A DNA stretch of 64,000 nt, from the NCBI GenBank assembly GCA_964016885.1, contig OZ024740.1, forward strand, positions 313,348,001 through 313,412,000. The letters run 5' to 3'. How positions within the stretch are numbered: the stretch's first letter is position 1; each line of letters starts with the position of its first letter. The notes beneath the pieces are model-generated. The model did not search any database. It was not told where the DNA came from and saw only the letters and a list, made by a program, of their open reading frames with translations. The position numbers and the translations under genes were made by a program. Below, one piece after another: positions 25,685 through 41,833 of this stretch. The stretch comes from Eledone cirrhosa (Eukaryota).

Positions 25685-27521
25685 ATGGCGGAAAAGATGG
25701 CAGACATGTCTGCCATTAGCTCTGCCACGCCCCCCAAGTCTGAAGAACAAAAAATAATTACAACAAAATTAGACATTGAAACAAACAAACAAAATGAAAA
25801 AACAAATGTTAAGGAAAATGAGCAAACAGAAAACAAACAAACAGAAAATAATACAAATAACGACAGGGCAACTTTCGCCCAGAAAACAAAACAATCCATT
25901 ACATACACACCAATTGACCTAACTGCCGCCAGAGAAAAACTGGCCGAAGCAAAGAAACACATTGTTTTGGGGGAGAACGGAATGTTTTCCATTAACTCCC
26001 CCCCCAGAATTCAAGAAAGCCAGAGCAGAAAACACAGTTCTATACAGAACTATACTGAACCAGACAAGAAAGCCAGCACAGCCCAGCCAAATGGAAATAG
26101 AGTTAGTCCTAAAAGACTATATGAAGAATATTCTCTTCATACGAAAGGACCGACTCTATGGCAGCATTTCGGTCCTAACAAGAGACAAAGAAACGGCGGA
26201 GAAGCTTTCCCTAAGCCCACTCTCGTCGACAACATATAGCTTCTATCCCTCCTACATGGGTAGAAGAACACAGAGAGTAAAAGTAAAAACAATGCTGCCC
26301 ACAATGGACTTCTGGTGGGCTATTGCTGGCTTCATTGATATGGGCGAAGACACTATGCTGTCAATGGGGAAGGCAACTGGAGATGCGTTCCTGGGAATGG
26401 GCCTCGACATACTAGTCCAAATGAGGCCCGAAAGAATAGCACAAATCCCGGATCGCATCTGGCTGGATGACCTTACCCCAATAGACATAATTGTAGAGGG
26501 GAGAAGACCAGCATGCTATTTATGCATGGAAAGGGGACACGTTAAGGCTAACTGCCCGAAACGTATCCCCCAAAAAGGACTATTGCCCACACCCACCACA
26601 AACAGTACACCAGCACCACCCACCTCCAAAAATACACTAATACCACACACAGCAAACAAAATACAGACACCACCAACCACAAACACAACACAAACATCAC
26701 CACCACCAGCACCAAACACAAGCACGACACAAAAATCACCACCACCAACCACAACACAAACATCACCACCACCATCACCAACCACAAGCACGACACAAAC
26801 ATTACCACCACCACCACCACAAAACCCATTCCAAACAAATAATAAAAAAAACAGTAACAAATCTACCCCTCCCGCAAAAAAAAAACAACCACACAACACG
26901 TCCCTCCCACCTAGCGCTGAAGAGTTTCCCCCAACTTCTGAAGAAGAAGGAGGAGAAGCCTTCAGACAAGTTAAAAGAAAAAAAAGAAAACACACACCCA
27001 GCACACCACAATTAACCCACACACAAACACCAACTCCAATCAAAAACACCCCACCCTCAACAAACAAAAATAAATCTGCGCCTCCCCTCTCCGAAACATT
27101 GACAGCATCACAAAAAAAGACGTTGCAATACACATATATAAATAAAGAAAACAAAAAACTGGTTAAATTAATAAACAATAACCCTATGGTGCAGACCGAA
27201 GGGCCAAACTTTATCTCAACAGAGAACTTCACCCATTTAAAAATGATAAAGGTCCCTCTGGACCTTTATCGTTCCTTAAAAGAACAATTTAGACGGGACG
27301 TGAGCCCCCCCTGTTTAAAACCGTTGAATCGCGTCCTCTTGAAAGATTTCCCCATAACCGCCCCTCTCCCTGACACAACTCCAAATACCCCAACCCCACC
27401 ACACACGTGTACCCCCACACCACCACAAAACATCCCTCCACCCAACACACCTGATGCCATGGAAATTACGCAACCCGGAGAGGTAAGTGCTTTTCTTTCT
27501 TCACTTTCAACACCAAAATAG
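25685..27521 (+). CDS. ORF1 gag-like protein (CCHC zinc knuckle, Pro/Thr-rich tail); +1 frameshift in the C-run 25998-26005
   Basis: IIVEGRRPACYLCMERGHVKANCP. The run has 8 C here and 7 C in copy 2. Confidence 0.88.
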
Positions 27522-27526
27522 ATCAA

Positions 27527-30500
27527 TTGAGAGTTGGCTGTTTGAACGCGCGTGGCCTGGGCTCAGCTTGGAAGCAAGCAAAGCTACTAAGTGACCTCAG
27601 GTCACAAAGTATAGATGTGATGGTTGTTTGCGAGAGTCGGATCAGCAGCGTGAGACAGCTGGCGCCCGCCTTCGATGACTTTGAGATGCACGCATCTCTC
27701 TGTCAACCCGGAGGCGCGGGGGGGGGGGGGGAGTTGCCGTACTGCTGGATAAACGTCTGACTCTCGACGTACAGATTGTTCACTCGGACCCGGGGGGTCG
27801 ACTACTGGTGCTGGACGTCGGAGGCGGTGAAGGCGGGGCTTTCAGACTGGTCGGTCTTTATGCTCCCTTCGGGGCGGAAAGAGCCGACTTCTTCCAGCGT
27901 CTGGAGACTTTTCTAGGAACGTCGCGTTCCCTGCTTTTAGTGGGGGACTGGAATGGAATCCTAGATGCGCGTTGGGACTATGCAGGGGCATGTCCCGATA
28001 GAGGGGGGTGTAGCAGCCTCAAGGGGTTACTCGATCGATTCGACCTGGTCGATAGATTTCGACTAGATTGTCCAACTGCGCCAACCTGGACCTGGGCAAA
28101 CCGCAGTGGACAATCTAGATCGTACCTAGATAGGTTTTTGGTTAGGAGTAAGGATAGGGACGTATTTAGTTGTCCAGAACTGATCATGGTTGGCTATTCA
28201 GATCACAAATTAGTGACCTGCGTGGTCAACCTTGATAGAACGCATAGACAGGGTCCCGGTTACTGGAAGATGAACTTGTCCTTACCGACAAAGAAAGATT
28301 ACAGAAACCGGATTAGTAGCTTAGTTAAGATGCGGTTGACGGGAGCGATCGTCAACAGTAGGTGGTGGATATCTCTAAAGAGAGAGATTAGAGTAAGTTC
28401 GATAGGTTACAGTAAGGAACTAGCGGCGAATAGAAATAGGAGGGAAAGGGAGTTAACAGATAAACTAGAAGAGGCGATTAGGAGCGGAGACGTAGCCAGA
28501 GTGTTAGCGACGAGAACGGCATTGAGCCAGTTCTTTGACGCGAAGCACGAAGGCTGCGTTGTCCGAAGTAAAATACGTGCTTTAGGAAACGAGGGGACCA
28601 AAGCTGTTAGCTGGGCCCGCGTGACAGAAGCCAAGAGTGGGATTAAATCCACCATTCGGTCTTTGCGAGACCAGGATGGACGGGTGATCCTTGAACCTGA
28701 GCGAATGTGCGAGACCTTTCAAAGGCACTTTGCTCGACTGTTCGGAGGTGGCGGGGGGCCGGACGGGGATGTGGACTTCGGTCCATACCTCGACGGTCTA
28801 CCGCGTCTTTCGAGCGGCGAAGCGGAGTGCTGCGAAAGGCCAATCACAGCCACTGAAATCGGGGAAGCGCTCAGCCAATGCAGCAGACGCAAATCCCCGG
28901 GTCTCGATGGTCTACCATACGAACTTTATTTAGCTATGCCGGTCTTGTTCTCCGAACTCCTCGAGGCTGTCTATTGCAACTGGCAACAGAACGGGAGAAT
29001 TCCCTGTTCTGTGACCAAGGGCGTGGTCACGCTAGTGAGGAAGGACGAGAGCAAGGGGGACGACTTAAGTAACTTTAGGCCCATAACTCTGCTGAATGCA
29101 GAGTTACAGATTTTGGCCAAGGTGTTGGCGAAGAGGTTGGCGCTTGTGGTGGGTGGTTTGGTGGGAGACGCGCAGACATGCGCTATCCCGTCCAGGTCCA
29201 TTCACGACAACCTCCACCTCATGCGATACATCATAGAGAGGGTTGGCTACGAACCCGGCTTTGGTGGGGCCCTGATCAACTTGGATCAATCTAAGGCGTT
29301 CGATAGGGTCGACCATGGTTACCTAGATGCGGTGCTAGCGGCGGCGGGCTTCGGACCCGTTTTCAGGGGCTGGATTTCTGCCATGCACAGTGGCAACATC
29401 TACTCTAGGATTAAAGTAAACGGCTACCTCTCGGAGCCGTTTCAAATCACCCGATCCATCAGACAGGGGTGCCCCCTCTCCTCCCTTCTGTACGTATTGA
29501 CTCTCGAGCCACTGCTGCGGAAGTTGGAGTTGCTGCGGGGCATACCCCTGGAACCGGGATTGCACAAAGCGGTCTCGGCCTATGCCGACGACGTAACAGT
29601 AATGGTGGCGGACGCCTCGGAAATCGGGGCGATCGCCACCCTACTGGAGGAATACGAAAGGCTGACGGGGGCTAAGCTGAACCAGGACAAGTCAGTCGGT
29701 TTGCAACTCGGAACGTGGCGGGGCAAACCGATGCCGTTAGACGGTGTCGTCGGGCGGTGGACGGAGGGCCCGGTGAAGCTGCTCGGGGTCTCGTTCGGAC
29801 CGGACCTCCAGGTGGAGAAGAATTGGGGCGAGGTGACGAGCAGGGTGTTTGCGCTGACCCAGAAGTGGGCCAAGTGCAAACTATCACTGAAAGGTCGGGC
29901 GGAGGTGACGAACGCTTACATAGCGTCCGTCATCTACTACCGCCTGACCGTCGTGCCTTGCCCCAAGGAAAAGCTCACCATCATGGAACGCATGCTCTTC
30001 CAGTTCCTCTGGAAGAAGCGGCCTCCCATGGTGAGGAGATCCATCTGCTGCCAGCACCCTTCGAAAGGAGGGCTGGGTATGCCGTGGCTGTTGATGCGTA
30101 GGCACGCATTGAGGCTACGGCATCTACAGGTATTCCTCAACGGTCAGCCGGTGTGGGCCCCGTTTGTGAGGCGAGCCTTCCCACAGCTCGTCTCGCTCAC
30201 CGAACTTCAATCCTGGGTGAAGCAAAGACCGAGAAAACTGGGCAACTGGCACACCGAGTGTGCCCAGGCGCTCACGGCTATTTGGCAAGCGGACCCGACT
30301 GTCAGTGGAGAATCCACCTCGACATTCTATAGAGGGTTGGTGGCTAGCAGGGGCGACGACACCCTTGGAGAGTCGCTAGGCATGGAGGAAGACGAACTGG
30401 CCAGCCTGTTCGGTAGAACTTTCGGCCCGGGACCCATGGACAACTTCCAGAGGTCCCTAGCCTGGCAGTGTTACCGGGGGGCTCTGCCCGTTCGAGAAAA

Positions 30501-30963
30501 GCTCTACAGACACGGGCGCCCGGGCAGGGATCCCGCGAAAAAGATCTGTCCCAGATGCGTGCGCGACGAGGAAACCGTTGCGCATGCACTGGTACACTGC
30601 CCGGGCGTTGCCGATCTGTGGGGCTACGTCGAACGACTGCTGTCGCGTGTGGCGCCGATTCGATTAACCGCCGAGTCTGTGGTGAACATCAAGCCGCCTC
30701 CTCCCTTCAGAAATGAAGCAGAGGCGGTCTTTCTGTGCGTAATAGCCATGATGAAAGAGGTTGTGTGGTGGACGCGCCTGAAAGGTCTGAGGTCGGGTGA
30801 CTTTCTCTCCGGCCATCACCTGGTTTACTTCTTCCGATACCACTTCGGAAGAAGAATCAGGATGGAGAGAGAAGTGCTTGGTCCCAGACAGTTTTATGAA
30901 AGGTGGGTGAAAGAAGCGAGAATGGCCCGTGTAAATGGGCCTTCTCTCTACATTGTTCTGTAG
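27527..30963 (+). CDS. ORF2 APE endonuclease, RT and zinc finger (~1145 aa); frameshift in the G-run ~27718-27731; no AUG at the start
   Basis: CLNARG, VCESR, LYAP, GDWN, SYLDRFLV, SDHK, YADDV, CPRC..H...C. Confidence 0.92.
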
Positions 30964-31193
30964 GTGAAGAAGTGAAGAGGAAAGGGGGAGCGCCTCCTCT
31001 CTGGGCTTCCCCCGCGAAAAGAGTTGCACACTTTTCGGGGGTATGTGCAATCCCCAACACGCCCCCTCCCTTTTGAGGACTTTTATTGTTATATTATTAT
31101 TGTTATTCCTTTTTTCTTTACTCGATTTATGTAAACTCCCCCACTGTGTAAATGTCCCCTTCTTTTGTGCCCTCGTGGCAAATAAATAGAAAT

Positions 31194-31255
<62 letters not shown>

Positions 31256-31403
31256 CCCTACAGTAACTCGACGTTACAATCCCTATATATATATATATAT
31301 ATATACACATATATACATATATATATATATACACAGACACATATAAGCAAGTATTGCACCAAGAAAAATAAAACGTCGGCGTGAAGAGATTAGGAATTTA
31401 TTT

Positions 31404-31515
31404 GCTTTAACATAGGTTTCTGTGTCAGTTATAAATTGTCTACATATGCTGACTACAATATATATTGCTCATTCATATGCAATAGTTAATTATTTATTAC
31501 ACTTCATCAGAAAGC
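31404..31515 (-). ncRNA. Type I hammerhead ribozyme, ~80-nt branched stem II
   Basis: GCTTT-CTGATGA-A.GTGT...ACAC.A-GAAA-CCTATG-TT-AAAGC. Confidence 0.72.
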
Positions 31516-31578
31516 CTATAATAGTGGAATTTAACTATTCACTACGTGGTAGAGTATATATATATATATATATAATAT

Positions 31579-31611
<33 letters not shown>

Positions 31612-31615
31612 ATAT

Positions 31616-31710
<95 letters not shown>

Positions 31711-31840
31711 GTGAGGTTTATTTTACAAAATGAAAAATAACCGAGGTGTCCTACACGAGTGAAAGTATAAAGAAAAAGAGATGAAATCGAAGATGCAACT
31801 GGAGTCTTATTTTTTTTAAAATATATATATTTATTTGGTT

Positions 31841-31878
31841 CCTTTACCGGTTTCGCAGTTCTTCTGCTTTTCAAAAGG
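31841..31878 (-). ncRNA. Minimal hammerhead ribozyme, U3-A8 core variant
   Basis: CCTT-TTGAAAA-GCAG-AAGAA-CTGC-GAAA-CCGG-TA-AAGG; stems I and II are fully paired. Confidence 0.75.
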
Positions 31879-31909
31879 TGAGTTGAGATGGAGGGTCTGT
31901 GGTTTTTCT

Positions 31910-32004
<95 letters not shown>

Positions 32005-32671
32005 GTGATCAAATGCCTGCCAAGTTTATAAAAGGATGTCAGTTAGAGAGCTAACAAAAGACTTTAGCCAGCGTTGGGTATTTGAAAGGGGGAGATAAGT
32101 GAGAAGAATGTGTGGGTGGTGTGAAAATATTGGTGTGCATGTGTGTGTACGTGACTTCTGGTCAGTTGTGTGGAATTACACCGAGCACGTTCAAGCGTAG
32201 CATTTGTTGAGAGTGTGTGCGCGCGTGTGTATGTGTGTATTTGTGTGTGTGTGTGCGTGTGTGTGTGTGGGTATATATATATTTATATATATATATGTGT
32301 GTGTGTGTGTATGTGTATGTGTTATGTGTGTGTGTGGCTGCTGATAAGAGGTGTGGAGTCATTCAGTGCAATAGATAAAATCGCCTGGAATTATTCATCA
32401 GTTTTCCAGTTGAGTCAAATGTTTAAACACATACACACACACATGCACACATACTTACACACACATACTCACAAACACATAGATGCACACATACTCACAC
32501 ACACACTCGCAAACCCACATACATTCACACACACACATATACTCACACACATATGCAGACTCACAAACCCAAGTATATTCGTACACACACATGCAGACAT
32601 ACGTACGTACACATATACACAGTCCCAAACACACGTATATTCGCACACAGTCACATGCACACATATTCTCA

Positions 32672-32718
<47 letters not shown>

Positions 32719-32984
32719 TATACACAAACTCACACATACATATTCACACACACACACACATACACCTACTCACACACACACACACACACACACTCACACA
32801 CACACGTACGCATTCATACACACATACATTCACAAGCCCACGTACATTCGCGCACATACACATACGCACACACACATGCATACTCACACCCCACACACTG
32901 ACACACATACACACACTCATACACACATATACACACTCAGAAAACTCACACACATGCATACCTTATCACACACGCATGCACATA

Positions 32985-33270
32985 TACGAGGGTCGGCTGA
33001 AAAGTTCCTAGGCTGACCAAGATTCTCTCATGAAATGACTAAATGAAGTTTATTTTTCAACATAGTCCCTGGAAAGTAACAATGCAGTTATTAATAATTG
33101 TTCTACTTTTGGCACAAGGCCAGCAATTATCCCAGTGTATTGCTGGTACTTTATTTTATCAACCCCGTAAGGATGAAAGGCAAAGTTAACCTCGGCGGGA
33201 TAATAATAAGAGTTGAAATTAATACATGCGAGATTTCACAGCCCTAGCATCACTCCTACGTAGTCAGTCA
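32985..33270. mobile_element. Mariner-like MITE interrupted by a SINE fragment (33098-33200)
   Basis: TA-CGAGGGTCGGCTGAAAAGTT terminus. Colinear with 62761-62962 except for the insertion. Confidence 0.75.
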
Positions 33271-33281
33271 ATGACCTTTTC

Positions 33282-33346
<65 letters not shown>

Positions 33347-33540
33347 TATATATATTCTGTCTGAATAGGGAGTTTTTGAACTCTGGAGTTTCGTCTGTTT
33401 TTCATAGGGTCATCAGACAAGAACTGTTCTGGTGATAAACAGATGAACAAAACTCATTATTTAACCTTAATAAAGTGAATATTCAAACTCTGCTTCGGTA
33501 TTGAGTTCTCCTTTTTCTCAACCACATACGTCAACCACAT

Positions 33541-33578
<38 letters not shown>

Positions 33579-34837
33579 TAAAATAACAGATTAAAGTTTA
33601 AGCAAAGAATCGCTGCTTTCACCCTTAACAGGATCTTCTGAAACTAACAAAGTCAATCTGTAAACGCAGAACTGGATATTTCAAAAAACGTTGCAACCGG
33701 AGGAAGACAGGAAGACGATACTTTGGTTCGTGGAAACGTTCGCTGGCAAAGAACGGGAAAAAACGAATAATACGTCATTAATAGGAGCGGTGAAAAACAA
33801 TTACGCGCAAAGACAGAACCTCGTTATGGTATAAAAGAGGTCGTAGACTAATGTTCTCTTAGGTGGTGCATAGAGACGTTCTCTGGCGATGAACGAAAAA
33901 ACGAAGATAATACGTCACACACACACACACAAACACCCCCACACACACATATATATATATACGCACACCCACAAACACACATATATACATATACGCACAC
34001 ACACACATTCATACATACTCACATGTGTACAACCACACACATTCTCCCTCCCCCTCTTCCTCTCTCATACACACACATGATTTAACTGCCACGGTTTTCA
34101 ACATAAAATGACATGACAAAATATAGGCTCCCTCCCAACTCGGTCGTCAGTGGTTCCTTTAACGACTAACATTTTATATTTAAAATCTTAACCAATATTT
34201 CATTTATTCTTCCGTGGTTTTATAGTCCTTGCCCCTTCCTTCCCCTTTCTCTCACTTAAGGCATTTATAACCCCTTTTCCTATATTTTCCTATACAGTCA
34301 GATCTGCCCTCCTTACCGACCACCCCATCTGTTCGTTTGGTTTTATTTTTATCCATTTTTTTTTCTTTAATCTTATTTTTCTTTCATATTTTTATTTCCA
34401 TCAATATTTGTTATGTTGTTTATATAACTGTGAAAAATGATTTATTAAAAATAAAATATCTTTGTGTATTCATAGAGTTATTTCACGTCATTTATATTGA
34501 AGCTGGGCGAGGCACTTTGTTAAGTTGTACTTCACCAGTATAATTTATTTTGCTAACGCTACATTAACTAACGATTTCATTTACAGAGATAAAAATACAG
34601 TTTAAAATATCACAAAATAGATTTATAGTACCTAACTTGACAGGTGGGAGTTACACTCAATCTGTAGTATAATTGGCCGCGAGGCCGTCTTTCTAGTGAG
34701 ACCTGTTAAACTTCTGATTGCTTATATATATATATATTTATATTTATATATTTATATATATATATATAGTAATAATAATAAAATTGAAGACTAAAATCCA
34801 GCGATTCTTTGCTTAAACTTTAATGTTATTTTAATAA

Positions 34838-35939
<1,102 letters not shown>

Positions 35940-37020
35940 AACATTGATATGATCCTTTTTCTCAGTCAACATTCCGAAATATGCGCACATACTCAACATA
36001 CTCGCACACACACAACAACCACCACCAACACCACCACCACCACCACCACCATCAATGGTGTATTTAAAATACTAATTCACATACATAAATAAACAATTCA
36101 AACACATACATTCGTACATATATTCTCAAACTAAATAAACTTGAAGATATAAATTTATATACTCCCCGCTGTATTAAGTTAACTTCTAATCTGATAAAAT
36201 ATTTTCATCTTATTTTTATATAGTTATTTTTTGTTTAATATATTTTAAAATATATAAATAGCAACAACAAAAATATAATTTACTGGTTTCACTAAATTCC
36301 ACTTATGGGCTGGTTAACGAGCAAAAAAGGAAGGAAAAAGGTTAAAAACTTGAGAATGAATTGCCCCCCGCCCCCTTCCGTCTAATCCTGAATATTAGAC
36401 TGATAACGAAATCGAAAACCACATCAGTTAAGCAGTAATGAGAGTAAATGGTTCTGTCCTCCCTGTCATCTAATGTTTGGTTGTCAACGTTAAATCTTCG
36501 AAAAATCCTCCTATAACCCCCCCCCCCCCTCCGCCTTCATACCCACACATATTAATACATTCACAAACACACATATATATGTATGTTTATTACTCTAAGA
36601 TTTAATTTATCGATTTATCGATATCAATTAGTGTCCGAAACGTTAAGACTATTGTTAAGCGTTAAACTAATATATTTCTTCATTGTACTGTTTTGTTTAC
36701 ATTGTTGTTTACATTGTTGCACACACGCGCGCACACACACACACATATACATACACACGCATACACACACACACATATACATACACACGCACATATATAT
36801 GCATACAGATACACACACATATATATGCATACAGATCTTTTGCGTTTGACGAACGTGGTCCGAATTTATTTGTAAAGTTCTACATACAGATGGAATGTTC
36901 AATGAAATATGAAACCCACAATCTTTTGGGGAGAAATTAGTTCTAAAAAAGTTACAAACATTTAAATGTTGAATTTTGAAATACATTTTTGTCTCAATTT
37001 TAAAAGGAATTTTAATCTGA

Positions 37021-37692
<672 letters not shown>

Positions 37693-38075
37693 TTGCCGAT
37701 AAAAAAAGTGAACATATTTGAAGTTTCGAAACAGCTGTCTTTGATGTTGCCTGATAACTGTCCACTTCAACACTTTCACCACTTCTATAGAAACATGGCG
37801 TCTCGCTGAGTCGGTGTAGAATTTCCCACAGATTCTGACCAGCTCCACAAATGTCTTGTAATGAAGTAAAGTTAACTAAACCATCCAAATAGTCGTCAAT
37901 TCAAAGAACTGGTTATCAGACGAAAGGATATCATATTCTACACACACACACACACACGCGCGCGCACACATACATACACATACATACACACACGCGCGCG
38001 CAAACATACGCACACAGACATATGCACCTGTACAAATACATACACGCGATATAGCTCTTATATATGTGCACGCGC

Positions 38076-38118
<43 letters not shown>

Positions 38119-38120
38119 AT

Positions 38121-38218
<98 letters not shown>

Positions 38219-38257
38219 GTGTGTGTATGTAAATATATATATATATATATATGTAGA

Positions 38258-38780
38258 TAAATCTACCAAGAGTTTACGGTAGTGTCCAATCCGTATGAAG
38301 AACTCAATGTATTCCGGATATCATGGAAAGAAGAGATGTAATGAAAAACCACTTTCGGTGAAAGATAAACGGTATACAGAGTCAAGATAAAATATTAAAC
38401 AAATAATGAATAAACAATTCCTTATATTAAACAAAAAAAGTTCATTATTTAACGATCGTTTCTAGGATATATATGTGTTAGAATTGGTATGCATATTCAA
38501 CAGATCTATGTACAAAATTATACAAAATTATACAAATTATCAAGATTAAATATACATACCAAACACATATATACGCCGTCTTCTGAAGACGGCGTATATA
38601 TGTGTTTGGTATGTATATTTAATCTTGATAATTTGTATAATTTTGTATAATTTTGTACATAGATCTGTTGAATATGCATACCAATTCTAACACATATATA
38701 TCCTAGAAACGATCGTTAAATAATGAACTTTTTTTGTTTAATATAAGGAATTGTTTATTCATTATTTGTTTAATATTTTA
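38258..38780. mobile_element. Solo pLTR of the Naiad-like PLE family, folded into a ~390-bp palindrome centred on the hammerhead core
   Basis: 38258-38583 is homologous to 10165-10329 plus 5581-5773. Inverted repeat ~38388-38780 with axis gtcttc-t-gaagac. (TA)n flanks. Confidence 0.85.
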
Positions 38781-38836
38781 TATATATATATATATATATA
38801 TGTACTGCCTCTCTGTTTTTGTTCCTGTCCAATTTT

Positions 38837-38887
<51 letters not shown>

Positions 38888-38892
<5 letters not shown>

Positions 38893-39710
38893 TAATTTCA
38901 GCGAGACTCGTATTTCGGCCAGGGTCGAAAACAAGCGAAACTCAATATCCGAGTTATGTTGGCAAGCGCTCCATGGACCAAATAGAGACCAGAGCAATAA
39001 ACATTAGTTATAAAGGCCAAACAAACTGAGATGGCGGTCAAGAAGCCATCAACCACCTAGGCAAGCTAAACAGGTAAAACAAAATAAATGAAATATTTGC
39101 CCGGACCTTCGGAAATGATAGTATAATCCAGTAAAGGGTTTCTGCGACACCTAAATAAATTATACTGCCTGCATAAAATAATAAACTTTGGGTATAATGA
39201 TCGAACAAGGCTGTCACTTCGTCAACAGGTATTTTGTTCTGCGCCAGCGTTCAGAATCACACAGTGTTATGTAGTGATAAAACCACGTGTCTAACTCTTC
39301 AAGGGAGAAAACCCCAGATTTTGGCAGATGAATTCAGTAAGTGTAAAATTAATGCAATAATTGCAAAAAACTGCACAAATCGAATTAAGCTCTTAACCGG
39401 GTAGTTTTTAAAATAAACTTAAGCAATTAATCAGTCAATAGAATTATCTAAAAAAAATTAACTGGTTAACTCGGGAGATTAATACAAATATAATTTCAGC
39501 GAGACTCGTATTTCGGCCAGGGTCGAAAACAAGCGAAACGCAATATCCGAGTTATGTTGGCAAGCGTTCCATGGACCAAATAGAGACCAGAGCAATACAC
39601 ATAGGTTATAAAGGCCAAACAAACTGAGATGGCGGTCAAGAAGCCATCAACCACCTAGGCCAAAAAGACGAGGCAAGCTAAACAGGTCAAACAAAATAAA
39701 TGGAATATTT
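38888..39710 (-). mobile_element. Non-autonomous PLE/retrozyme-like unit, ~600-bp period, ~210-bp direct repeats, degenerate hammerhead at 39128-39229
   Basis: Direct repeat 38888-39098 / 39487-39709. Minus strand reads cctg-TTGACGA-A.GTGACA...TGTCGC.A-GAAA-CCCTT-TA-CTGG. (TA)n flanks. Confidence 0.6.
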
Positions 39711-39874
39711 AAATATATATATGTACTGTATAGATATATATATATATATATGAACATAAACATATGTAGACATGTACATACATATACATATATCAGCCTG
39801 TACATACATCTGTCGACAAATACACAAATACAAACATTAAAATAAACTATACGAAGGCTAACACACGCACGCAT

Positions 39875-39962
<88 letters not shown>

Positions 39963-40339
39963 CCGTAGTCAAATAGCTGATTGTATACCAACTTCTCTCT
40001 CTCACCCTCACTTTCTCCCCCTCTCGCTCTCCATCACCACCTCTCTCTCCATTACTCTCCTCTCCCAATCACTCCCCCTCTCCATCTCACACACATACAC
40101 ACGTAGGAAAATACAGAACTGGACACCCTCTTTCTCTATCACAGATACATACATACATGATCCCTTAACTCCCGAGGTAGCCGTAGGGCCGCCATATTGA
40201 CACACGACGTTTCTTGGGCATTTTAAAACCTGGTGGAGCCCATCTTTTCTCTACGTCTGAATATAGCAGATTGTTTTCCATGGAAAGGTGGAGAGTGAGA
40301 GAATGGGAGTAAGAAAGAGATATAGAGGAAGAAGCGATC

Positions 40340-40490
40340 TCAGTATTTCACTGGTACTTTATTTTATCAACGCCTTCGTAAGGATGAAAGGCTCAGTTGA
40401 CTTCGGAGAGATTTGAACTCAGACAGCAGGGAACCGCAACAAATACTGTAAAGTATTCTATCCGTTGTTCTCACTCTACCAATTCGCCTC
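40340..40490 (-). mobile_element. SINE, same family as 16651; another decayed copy at 42790-42930
   Basis: ctggtactttattttatcaac...gtaaggatgaaaggc...gatttgaactcag. Confidence 0.75.
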
Positions 40491-40553
40491 CTTTTATTAC
40501 ACACACATAGACGGCTGTAAATTCATAATTGCACTCTCAATCTCTCTGTATAT

Positions 40554-40626
<73 letters not shown>

Positions 40627-40691
40627 GCACACACACACACACGCACACACGCACACATACACATACGCACACATATATACACGCACGCACG

Positions 40692-40731
<40 letters not shown>

Positions 40732-40751
40732 TACAAACACGCACACATACA

Positions 40752-40801
<50 letters not shown>

Positions 40802-40851
40802 CACACACACACATACACACACATACACACACGCACACATATATACACACG

Positions 40852-40913
<62 letters not shown>

Positions 40914-41629
40914 AATAAGTAGACAGCTACATCATTGCACAGACTGCTACATACTTACACACTCACACAATATACTCAGACAGGCTAATGCGCGATTGCA
41001 CTTTCATCCTCTCTCCATTACAGACACACATACACATGCACTCACATGCATACACATACACACATACACACACACATGCAAACATACACACACACAAACA
41101 CATACCCACACGTGGACACATACCCACAGATGCACACATACACATACACAGTCACACACACACACACACTCACATATAAACAAACACATACACATACACA
41201 GTCACACACACAGTCACACACACACACACACTCACATATAAACAAACACACACACATATATACACATACATATACATATAATATATATATATATATATAA
41301 AAGGATACTGGTATGTAAAAGCACATATAGGCAGGAAATTAGTTGTGCGGAAAGTGATTCTGGTTATATGCCATAGAACTGTGTCAACACTATAACATCA
41401 TTTCCCGGAGGACGGCTAGTCCATGAATAGTAACAATTGTCTTCTATAATACCCTTCTATGCTGTACTACATATTGTACTGTCCTTGAACAGTCTCTCTG
41501 ACATACTAGTTTTCATCTACGAGAAGCTCCATTTCTAGATAATTGAACTCTATGAGTCTTCTCCTACGACTCGACACACACACACACACACACACACACA
41601 GACCCCCCCCCCCCACACAGACACACACA

Positions 41630-41676
<47 letters not shown>

Positions 41677-41798
41677 TTATGTCAGTACTACAGCGATGTC
41701 CTAACAGGTACGTACGTTTGGTTAATCGTTGACGATCAGCTTCAAATTGTGCCGATGAAAAAGGACCAGTACATATACATATACATACATATATGCAT

Positions 41799-41833
<35 letters not shown>

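Larger units (their letters stand above)
25483..31194 (+). mobile_element. Full-length Tx1/L1-clade LINE, subfamily B copy 1
   Basis: ~200-nt 5'UTR, ORF1, ORF2, and a 3'UTR ending AATAAATAGAAAT, then (TATC)n at 31195-31256. Same 5' nucleotide as the copy at 54294. Confidence 0.96.

Noticed and set aside
27483-27521. 39-nt intron fusing Tx1 ORF1 to ORF2
   Set aside because: Splicing to the TAG acceptor gives ATC AAT TGA/TAA, a stop in both copies.
33372-33420. Minus-strand CTGATGA...GAAA-CTCCAGAG-TT hammerhead-like motif
   Set aside because: Stems I and II do not pair convincingly; at best a decayed copy.
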